From Promethearchaeota archaeon (GTDB lineage: Archaea > Asgardarchaeota > Lokiarchaeia > Sigyniarchaeales > SOKP01), in NCBI GenBank assembly GCA_048940925.1, contig JBHLOC010000002.1, positions 1-64,000 of the forward strand: DNA of 64,000 bases, in the 5' to 3' direction. The stretch's first letter is position 1. The number at the start of each line of letters is the position of its first letter. The notes under the pieces are model-generated. The model saw only the letters and a program-made list of their open reading frames with translations. It did not search any database and was not told where the DNA came from. A program made the position numbers and the translations under genes. Below, one piece after another: positions 53,165 through 61,168 of this stretch.

Positions 53165-53426
53165 ATGGCCCGCTGTCCAGAAAGTTTTTTTGTATTAACA
53201 ATTTAACATGGAATGCGGAGGGTTTATGAAATACCATTCAGCTATAAAACAAGTCGTCTGTCAATCATGTGGACTGTCTTTAACGAGACATGAATTAGAT
53301 GGGTATTGGAAAAAGGTGAGGGATGAAAATATTACAGAAGCAGATGATACGCAGCAAAAGAAAAATCGTAGAAAAGAATGGCTTGAATGGTATTCGTCAT
53401 CCAAATCTGATAAGGAGAATTATTAA
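53165..53426 (+). CDS. Small zinc-ribbon protein split by a 31-nt insertion: join(53165..53182, 53214..53426), 76 aa
   Basis: Spliced MARCPECGGFMKYHSAIKQVVCQSCGLSL... restores two CxxC pairs; purine-rich aggaaggt precedes ATG 53165. Confidence 0.8.
53183..53213 (+). other. Putative BHB-type mRNA intron (31 nt)
   Basis: CUGU-CCAG-AA|A-GUU...AAC-AUGG-AA|U-GCGG: outer helix 4 bp, central helix 3 of 4 bp, inner helix 3 bp, two 3-nt bulges. Confidence 0.72.
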
Positions 53427-53444
53427 GAGTAGAAATAGTATATA

Positions 53445-53476
53445 ATTCTAAATAATCAGACAATTCTATTTAGAAT
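53445..53476. terminator. Inverted repeat between convergent genes
   Basis: attctaaata (53445..53454) / tatttagaat (53467..53476), perfect 10 bp. Confidence 0.35.
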
Positions 53477-53498
53477 AAGTAAATTGATTAATTATATA

Positions 53499-54692
53499 TT
53501 ATTTACCATAAATTCTTTCAATAATATCTTCTAATAATTCTGCTAATTTTTTAGATGGGATATCTAATAAAGTAATTTCTAGATGTCTTCCTCTAGTGGC
53601 GTCTTCAATTCGCACCGTTTTTGAAGCAATGATTTTTAGTTGGTTAAGTTGACGTATATATTTTCTAAAACTCATTTTAACATGTGGTTCTACCGAATAA
53701 TTCTCACATATTACCTTATACTCTTCATACGCGTCATCAACAAGGGTAAATGGAGTATCAGTGTTTATCAATGATCTGGTAATTCCATACAAGGCTAAAA
53801 GCTCCTGATCTTTTAATTCATCAATAATATCATTTCTAAAAGTAGGATATACATCATCTGATGCTTCTCTTATGATATCTGGTGAAATTGAGCTTAAACC
53901 TTCTTTATCGCAATATAAACCGCTTTTTCTTAATATTTCAATCCCGTGTCTCATATTTTTATGTTCTACAACTATTTGGGAAATCATAGTTAGTAACTCA
54001 TTATCAATAACATTTTCTTTAAGAGCTAATTCACTACGATATGTTAGAATTTGCAATGATTCATCAAAATTATATGGTTTAAGCTTTATTTTTTCATTTA
54101 ATCTACTTAAAATTCTTTCATTTTCAATTCGCATCCAATCCTTATTACGACACACTAACAATATTGATAACTTAGCATTTTGATGTCCAAACGTCTCTGC
54201 AATATCAAGAAATGCTAAAACTTCGTCAGGTTTTAAAAGATGAATTTCATCTATTATCAACAACATATATCCTTGGTCCCGAATTAATTGAGAGAGAATC
54301 AATTTTAATGCTTCATCATCTGAAAATCCACGTCCTGAACCATGTTGATATTTTGCGAGAAGCTCCCTGATTATCTTACTTTTAGAGCGAAAATTAATGC
54401 AATTATAATATTCAATAAAAAGATTGACATCTTTTTCAGTAGCAATCGTTTTAAAATTTCTACCAAAATATCTTGCGGTGCATGTTTTTCCAACCCCTCC
54501 CCTTCCTAATATTAAACAGTTGATAGAGGGCTGTTCCTCCTCTTCAACTATTCTTCTATAATTAAAAATTAAAGTTTTAAGAGCATCATCTCGGCAATAT
54601 AACTTATCTGGAACCCAACTCAAATCAAGAGTTCCAGCTCTTCGAAACACTGATTTTTTCCCAAATTCTTTTCTAAAGGCATCCTCGTCCAT
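53499..54692 (-). CDS. cdc6: Orc1/Cdc6 replication initiator
   Basis: WVPDKLYCRD, Walker A GRGGVGKT, YYNC, Walker B IIDEIH, C-terminal winged helix. Confidence 0.85.
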   Translation of the reverse strand: MDEDAFRKEFGKKSVFRRAGTLDLSWVPDKLYCRDDALKTLIFNYRRIVEEEEQPSINCLILGRGGVGKTCTARYFGRNFKTIATEKDVNLFIEYYNCINFRSKSKIIRELLAKYQHGSGRGFSDDEALKLILSQLIRDQGYMLLIIDEIHLLKPDEVLAFLDIAETFGHQNAKLSILLVCRNKDWMRIENERILSRLNEKIKLKPYNFDESLQILTYRSELALKENVIDNELLTMISQIVVEHKNMRHGIEILRKSGLYCDKEGLSSISPDIIREASDDVYPTFRNDIIDELKDQELLALYGITRSLINTDTPFTLVDDAYEEYKVICENYSVEPHVKMSFRKYIRQLNQLKIIASKTVRIEDATRGRHLEITLLDIPSKKLAELLEDIIERIYGK

Positions 54693-54829
54693 AATGAATC
54701 GAATAAGTATAATTTTATTTATTGATGTATAAGATATAACGTCAGAGATTTGGTAAAAAGTTTATTATCCTTAAGAATTTAAGTTTTTTAACTAATTAAA
54801 TGATTATGTAATAAATGAAATATATACAT

Positions 54830-55753
54830 TTAGATTTTATCCATAGTATTGAGGGGGTGCATCTGAGCATAACTTTCCTTTAATTTTGAAATGTCATTTT
54901 TTGCATAAATACGAGTTGTGTTTGGATTTGAGTGCCCTAAAATATCTTGTAATTCACTGATATCCATTCCTGATCTCCTCAGATGAGTCGCTCCTGTATG
55001 GCGAAAAATATGGGGTGTGATTATTTTGGAATCAGGAAATCCGCATTTTTCTTTGATTATTTTGATATCTGCTTGTACAACTCGAGGACTTAATTTTTGG
55101 TTCCTTGTATTGACTAACAAATGATCTTCCAAATCATACTTTATCCTGTTCTTTAGATGTTCTTCAAAAATTTCTAATGTTTTATGATCTACTGGCACAA
55201 TTCGCTCCTTATTTCCTTTTCCACGAAGTCTAATATATCCTCTTTCAAAATCAATATCTCTAATTTTAATATTACATAATTCACTCACTCTAGCCATGGT
55301 AGAATATAATAAGCGAACAATTAAATAATACCTTTTACTTTTTCTGGAATTAAACAAGCGTCGGTCTTTCAATTTATCAAATATTTTTTCTATATCAGGA
55401 ATTCTTAAGAATTTAGGTAAACTTTCTTCTATTTTAATCTTTGGAGACTTAATAGTACTCATTGGATCTTTTTGAATAAATTCATTAAGAACAAGAAATT
55501 TGAAAAATGAACGTAATGAAGCAATTTTACGACTTATACCTTTTTTAGTATACTTCATTTCATTTAGCTTTTTCAAGAAAAATCGTATCTTTTGCCGAAT
55601 AAGTGGAGAATTTAATTGGAGATCTCCAACAATACTAATAAATTTTAAAAGATCATATTTATATGCTTTAATTGTAGAAGCAGCACAACCTTCTTCCACT
55701 TCTTTTGCAATCAAGAAATCATCAATAAAATCAGAAACTTTAGACTCATTCAT
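54830..55753 (-). CDS. xerA: Tyrosine recombinase XerA/XerD family
   Basis: N-terminal SAM-like domain; ARVSEL, GKGNKER, HIFRH, LGH, TTRIY catalytic residues. Confidence 0.85.
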   Translation of the reverse strand: MNESKVSDFIDDFLIAKEVEEGCAASTIKAYKYDLLKFISIVGDLQLNSPLIRQKIRFFLKKLNEMKYTKKGISRKIASLRSFFKFLVLNEFIQKDPMSTIKSPKIKIEESLPKFLRIPDIEKIFDKLKDRRLFNSRKSKRYYLIVRLLYSTMARVSELCNIKIRDIDFERGYIRLRGKGNKERIVPVDHKTLEIFEEHLKNRIKYDLEDHLLVNTRNQKLSPRVVQADIKIIKEKCGFPDSKIITPHIFRHTGATHLRRSGMDISELQDILGHSNPNTTRIYAKNDISKLKESYAQMHPLNTMDKI

Positions 55754-55757
55754 AATA

Positions 55758-55785
55758 TGTGGATATGATACGATAAATATCTACA
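55758..55785. promoter_or_regulatory. dif-like 11-6-11 imperfect palindrome immediately upstream of xerA
   Basis: TGTGGATATGA-TACGAT-AAATATCTACA, within a 17-bp inverted repeat (55750..55793, one mismatch). Confidence 0.5.
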
Positions 55786-55835
55786 TATTATGATGTAATA
55801 TCTAAATAATAAATGAGAAAAATATTTAGAAAAAA

Positions 55836-56771
55836 TTATTCTTTTTGTTTTTGTCGAATATATTTACATGCATTTAAACCGGCTCGTGCTCCCTCTGCGG
55901 TGGCAAAGACCACTTGGAATAAACCACCTGTAACATCTCCTGCGGCATACACTCCTTTGAGATTGGTTCTTTGTTCTTCATCCACCTTAATATTCCCTTT
56001 CTCATCTAATTCAACACCAGCTTTCTTAAAAACAGAATTTGATGATATATGAGATAAAATAAACAAACAGTTTAGTTCAAACTCCTGTATTTCTTCTGAT
56101 TCTGATTTAGTAGACTTACAAATAATTTTTTTGATTACTCCTTCTGAATTTGCTACAGCTTCGATTACTACCATATTTTCAATAACTTCAATGCCATTTT
56201 CCTTTATTTCATATACTTTTTCAGGTAGTTCTTCAATTGCCACATCAGTAATTATTCGGACTATACAACCCATTTGATGAAGTGCAAGTGCATCCTCTAA
56301 CATTTCTTCATCTCGTCCATATAAATATACAACCTTATCTTTATATAAAGGACCATCACATAACGCACAATAAGATACACCGTATCCAAGTAAGGCGCCT
56401 TCACCCTTTATTACTTCTTTTCTTCGACCTCCTCCTGTAGCAATGATCACCACATCAGAAGTTATATTTGCTGTTCGTGTAGATGTCATATTGACTCCCA
56501 TACCTAGCATTAGTGAAATTACGTCACCCTTGATTAGTCTTATATTTTCAGAATAACTCTCAGCATGATTTCTAAATTTAGTTAACAGATGTTTTCCCTT
56601 AATATCAACTTCTCCAGGCCAGTTCTGTATTTCTTTTGCACGGGCTAAGGCAGATAACTCCTTTCCATCAAGAATTATTACATCTCTGTTTGCTCGGGCA
56701 CAATAAACCCCAGCACTTAATCCAGCTGGACCAGCACCAATGATTAAGATTTCACACTTAAACTCATCCAT
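55836..56771 (-). CDS. trxB: Thioredoxin reductase
   Basis: IIGAGPAGL, GVSYCALCDG, GVYAAGDVTG. Confidence 0.88.
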   Translation of the reverse strand: MDEFKCEILIIGAGPAGLSAGVYCARANRDVIILDGKELSALARAKEIQNWPGEVDIKGKHLLTKFRNHAESYSENIRLIKGDVISLMLGMGVNMTSTRTANITSDVVIIATGGGRRKEVIKGEGALLGYGVSYCALCDGPLYKDKVVYLYGRDEEMLEDALALHQMGCIVRIITDVAIEELPEKVYEIKENGIEVIENMVVIEAVANSEGVIKKIICKSTKSESEEIQEFELNCLFILSHISSNSVFKKAGVELDEKGNIKVDEEQRTNLKGVYAAGDVTGGLFQVVFATAEGARAGLNACKYIRQKQKE

Positions 56772-56873
56772 AAAACTTACCTCTTTGAAGTATTGAATAT
56801 AATAAAAAAACTCTTGAAAGTTAATACCTCTACAGTTACTAATTATAAAAATTATTATAATTTAATTCTATAT

Positions 56874-57812
56874 TTAATTGACAAAATAAAATATCAGAGA
56901 AAATATTCCTAAAAAAATCATAGTCGCTCCCATTCCTCGACCCATCGCTTTTGCTGATAACTTTTGTACAAAGTTTGAAACAATAATTCCCGCAAAAAAG
57001 GAACCTATGCCAAGATAGAAAACGAATTCCCAGTTAAAAAATAATTGACTTGTAAGTAGGTATCCTAATATTTGGTAAGTACTAAACGTAAAAATACACA
57101 TAATAATACTTAAAATTAAAGCAGTTCCTACACTTTTCTTTAAAGGATAACCATATAATACTATTAAAACTAGAGTGATGATGAAACCTGAATTCGCACC
57201 AAACATTCCTGAATTAAGTCCTATTATAATCCCTAAAACCAGTGTTAAAAGAAAATATAATTTCGAATAAGGTTTAATTACTCTTTCCAATCGCTCTTCT
57301 TCGGTATTTAACTTATTTTCTGGTGATTTCTCAAGATTTTCTAAATTTAGATTTTCTTCTTTATTATTCAAAAATCTTCTGGAAATTTTCTGAACTATCT
57401 CTTTCAATGTTTCAGAAGAAGGAAAACCTTTTAAAAGAATAGTAGAACCTAAGAAAATTATAAAAACAGGTAAGAACCAGCCGAAAATAAAACTTAACGG
57501 TGTCAAAATCAAAAGGAGAATACCGAAAAAAGAAGCAACTAAAGAGATTAGGATTAATAAAAAAATATTTTTATTCAAATAATATTGCTTTTTTCTTATA
57601 TAATTAATTGCTACAGAAGAAGCAGCAATTAAGTCATTTATAACATTTACAGCTATTGCCAATAACACATCTCCAGTCATTAAAAGTATAAAAGGCACTA
57701 CAACTCCTTGACCAGTTTGCCCTACAAAACTCATGCTTATTCCTACAAGCGCACCAATTAATACAAGAAGAATTACATAATAGAATTCTAATGTCAAATA
57801 ATACCAAATCAT
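56874..57812 (-). CDS. TauE/SafE (sulfite exporter) family membrane protein
   Basis: Two halves with G-rich motifs (FVGQTGQGVVVP; GMFGANSGFII...KKSVGTAL). Confidence 0.7.
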   Translation of the reverse strand: MIWYYLTLEFYYVILLVLIGALVGISMSFVGQTGQGVVVPFILLMTGDVLLAIAVNVINDLIAASSVAINYIRKKQYYLNKNIFLLILISLVASFFGILLLILTPLSFIFGWFLPVFIIFLGSTILLKGFPSSETLKEIVQKISRRFLNNKEENLNLENLEKSPENKLNTEEERLERVIKPYSKLYFLLTLVLGIIIGLNSGMFGANSGFIITLVLIVLYGYPLKKSVGTALILSIIMCIFTFSTYQILGYLLTSQLFFNWEFVFYLGIGSFFAGIIVSNFVQKLSAKAMGRGMGATMIFLGIFSLIFYFVN

Positions 57813-57971
57813 ACTTTTATTTAGTATCTAAAATAGTATTCTCAATTGAATTAAAATATACCTTAAAATTCAAAATATTTTAATGATTTAAGAAATTTTG
57901 TTTGATATCATTTCACTATTATGTTACAAAAAAAAATATAACAAAAAAAATCGAAATTAAGTGTAAAAATT

Positions 57972-60116
57972 ATGGATGTACCGTTAATATTATTTGTTGC
58001 CTTAATTGCTGGAGTAATTTCAATTGGAATGGCTCTCTATTTTGCAAAATTAGTACTGAAAGAAGATCCAGGAAATGAAAGAATGATTGAAGTATCTAGT
58101 TATATTGAAAAGGGGGCTAAAACATTCCTTAAAGTCCAATATAAAATATTAGGTATTTTTGTTGTAGTACTAGCAGTAGCATTATTATTTTTGCCTTCTC
58201 CATTTGAAGCTAGTCTTACTTATAAGAGATTAGTACCTGGTGCTTTAAATTGGGAACAAATGATTGCTTATATTATTGGTTCTGTGGGATCAATGATGGC
58301 AGGTTATTTAGGAATGATGACAGGTGTAAAAACAAATACCCGTTCTGCACAAGGCTGCACAATAAGCACCAAGAAAGGGTTTGAAGTTGCTTTTTTCGGT
58401 GGCTCAGTTATGGGTTTAGCAGTAGTTGGTGTAGCTCTAATCGGTATTTCTGTTCTATATTTTATTGTCCCGGATCCTATGATAGTTTTAGGCTTTAGTT
58501 TTGGTGCTAGCAGTGTGGCCCTTTTTATGAAAGCAGGAGGAGGTATCTACACTAAAACAGCAGATGTAGGCGCTGACCTTGTTGGAAAAGCAGAATATGA
58601 TTTACCTGAAGATGATCCTAGAAACCCCGCAACGATAGCTGATAATGTAGGCGACAACGTAGGGGATATTGCAGGGATGGGATCTGACCTCTTTGATTCT
58701 TATGTTGCCTCTATTGTAGCTGCTATGATATTAGCTGCAACCTTAGCTGCCTTTGCACCAGCATTTTCCCAAATATGGGGAGAAATGTCTGAAACTCATA
58801 GATATACTTTTGTAATATTCCCGGTTGTTGTAAGTGGTGTAGGTTTATTAGCTTCTTTGATTTGTATATATATAATTAAAATCAAAAGGGGAGAAGATCC
58901 TGGCAAATTATTAAATTTAGGAACTTATCTCGCTACAATTGTCTTTAGCGGATTTGCTGCGATTATTACGGCGATAATGACCATAAAATTAAGCAATGAT
59001 GAGATGATTTTTCTATGGAAACTTTATGCTTCTGTTGTAATTGGATTACTTGGTGGTCTTATTATCGGATTTACAAGTGACTACTTTACTAGTGATACTA
59101 GGAAACCAACAAGATCAATCGCAAATGCAGCTCAAGAAGGTGATGCAGTTGTGATTCTTAGTGGATTTTCTTATGGATTATTAAGCGTCGTTCCCCCTGC
59201 TATTGGGATTGTAATTGCTATGGCTGCTACTTATTTTCTAGGTGGATTATTTGGAGTGGCTATGGCGGCAGTAGGTATGCTTGCAATTGTGGGAACTATT
59301 GTCTCTAATGATGCTTACGGTCCAATTGTAGACAACGCTAGAGGGATTGCCGAACAAGGTGATTTAGGTGAAGATGTTATTCGAACTGCAGATAAATTAG
59401 ATTCAGCGGGAAATACAGCCAAAGCTATAACAAAGGGTTTTGCTATTGGTGCTGCAAATCTAACTGTGCTTGCCCTAATGTTTTCTTTCGCAACTGAGGC
59501 AAACGACATTCAAGAAAGCGCATTAGATGTAGTGGATTTACTTAAAGTAAATGTCTTAATTGGTGCATTTATTGGAGTAGTTGTGCCTGCATTATATTCT
59601 GCTTTATTAGTTCTCGCAGTTCAGAGGAATGCAGCTAAAATGGTTGACGAAATCAGAAGACAATTCAAAGAAAATCCTAAGATTTTATCAGGTGAAGTAG
59701 CAGCAGACTTTAATAAATGTATCACAATCGCGACAAGAGGTGCTTTAAAAGAGCTTGTATTACCTAGTATAATCGCAATCGCTATACCCATTGCAGTTGG
59801 AATCTTATTTGGTGTAGCAGGACTTGGCGCATTCTTAGCAGGTGCAATTTTATCTGGATTTGTGTTTGCCATCTTTATGAGCAATGCAGGCGGCAGTTGG
59901 GATAATGCGAAGAAATGGATTGAGGATGGCAACCTTGGAGGAAAAGGTACTGAAATTCATAAAGCCTCGATCACCGGAGATACAGTTGGCGATCCATTTA
60001 AAGATACTGCAGGACCAAGCATTAACACCCTATTAGTAGTAATGTCATTAACAGCGTCAATTTTTTTAGGATTCTTAATGCTTTTTGGAAATGGGGCAGG
60101 ATTGCTTATACTCTAA
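57972..60116 (+). CDS. hppA: Membrane-bound proton-translocating pyrophosphatase, K+-independent signature
   Basis: GGIYTKTADVGADLVGK, DNVGDNVGD, GDTVGDPFKD; GNTAKA carries the Lys of the K+-independent type. Confidence 0.93.
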   Translation: MDVPLILFVALIAGVISIGMALYFAKLVLKEDPGNERMIEVSSYIEKGAKTFLKVQYKILGIFVVVLAVALLFLPSPFEASLTYKRLVPGALNWEQMIAYIIGSVGSMMAGYLGMMTGVKTNTRSAQGCTISTKKGFEVAFFGGSVMGLAVVGVALIGISVLYFIVPDPMIVLGFSFGASSVALFMKAGGGIYTKTADVGADLVGKAEYDLPEDDPRNPATIADNVGDNVGDIAGMGSDLFDSYVASIVAAMILAATLAAFAPAFSQIWGEMSETHRYTFVIFPVVVSGVGLLASLICIYIIKIKRGEDPGKLLNLGTYLATIVFSGFAAIITAIMTIKLSNDEMIFLWKLYASVVIGLLGGLIIGFTSDYFTSDTRKPTRSIANAAQEGDAVVILSGFSYGLLSVVPPAIGIVIAMAATYFLGGLFGVAMAAVGMLAIVGTIVSNDAYGPIVDNARGIAEQGDLGEDVIRTADKLDSAGNTAKAITKGFAIGAANLTVLALMFSFATEANDIQESALDVVDLLKVNVLIGAFIGVVVPALYSALLVLAVQRNAAKMVDEIRRQFKENPKILSGEVAADFNKCITIATRGALKELVLPSIIAIAIPIAVGILFGVAGLGAFLAGAILSGFVFAIFMSNAGGSWDNAKKWIEDGNLGGKGTEIHKASITGDTVGDPFKDTAGPSINTLLVVMSLTASIFLGFLMLFGNGAGLLIL

Positions 60117-60212
60117 GTCAATAATCACTCAAAAACTAAAAAAGCAATAAAACTCTATTCATTTTTTTTATATTTTTATTATTTTTATTGTATAAGGCTC
60201 ACATGGGATCTT

Positions 60213-61001
60213 ATGAAGAATAAAATTTTGAAAGAGAAATCCTTAAACTCCATTAATTATTATATTGAAAGAAATTTGGATGATTTTTACATTAAATCAT
60301 CTCAGCATTCTAATTTTAATTCTCGCTTAGAAGATAAAATAAGTTGGATTTTTGCTAAGAACGCAGATTGGCCAAATTGTATTTTTAGAGCCAATTTTGT
60401 AGATTTAAATATAGAACATGAAATTCGAGAAATAAGAAAATTAATTAAAGAAAATAAAGCTCCTAATGGTTGGACTGTTGGACCGCTTACAAAACCTTCA
60501 AATTTAGGTTCTTTTTTAGAGGAAAATGATTTTTCGAAAGTATATCATCAAACCGGGATGGCAGTTGATTTAAGATATATTGAAGATATCAAAATTGAGA
60601 ATAATGACTTAAAAGTTAAACTTATAAAGAGTGATAAATCTTTAAAACAATGGGCTAAAATAGTCTCTTTAGGATTTGGTATAAAGGTAGATTGTAAATT
60701 ACTTAAATTTCTGTATTTACAACCTGAAATAAAATTCTATATTGGTAACTATAAAAGAAAAACAGTATCAACACTGATGTTATATCTCGCTAAAGGTATA
60801 GCTGGGCTTCATGCAGTATCAACATTACCTGAATATCGATGTAAAGGATTGGGATTTACTATAAGTGGAATTGCATTATTAGATGCCTATAGAATGGGAT
60901 ATGAGGTGGCAGTACTTCAAGCATCAAATTTAGGGGAACGAATTTATAAGAAATTGGGATTTCAGAAATACTGTGATATTAATTCCTATGAGTTAGATTA
61001 A
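60213..61001 (+). CDS. GNAT family N-acetyltransferase
   Basis: AGLHAVSTLPEYRCKGLG...LQAS...IYKKLGF. Confidence 0.85.
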   Translation: MKNKILKEKSLNSINYYIERNLDDFYIKSSQHSNFNSRLEDKISWIFAKNADWPNCIFRANFVDLNIEHEIREIRKLIKENKAPNGWTVGPLTKPSNLGSFLEENDFSKVYHQTGMAVDLRYIEDIKIENNDLKVKLIKSDKSLKQWAKIVSLGFGIKVDCKLLKFLYLQPEIKFYIGNYKRKTVSTLMLYLAKGIAGLHAVSTLPEYRCKGLGFTISGIALLDAYRMGYEVAVLQASNLGERIYKKLGFQKYCDINSYELD

Positions 61002-61168
61002 TAAATTTTAAGACTTTCTCCTAAGAACAGCAAATATTCTTCAGTATATAGTACTTTGAAATATTAAAATTTTTTTAGTGATCATAAGCTATAAATATCA
61101 TGTAAACCCAATCTTAATCCAAGACATTTATTTTTTAATTTAAAAAAAAGTAGAGGGTTAAAAAAAAA

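Noticed and set aside
53208-53426. 72-aa ORF starting MECGG
   Set aside because: Its ATG lies inside the putative intron and leaves an incomplete CxxC; the start at 53165 is better supported
52946-54829. Replication origin beside cdc6
   Set aside because: Flanks are AT-rich, but I could not identify repeated ORB/mini-ORB motifs
54830-55753. Integrase of a provirus or integrative element
   Set aside because: XerA-like size and motifs, housekeeping neighbours, and no tRNA/att repeat or viral genes nearby
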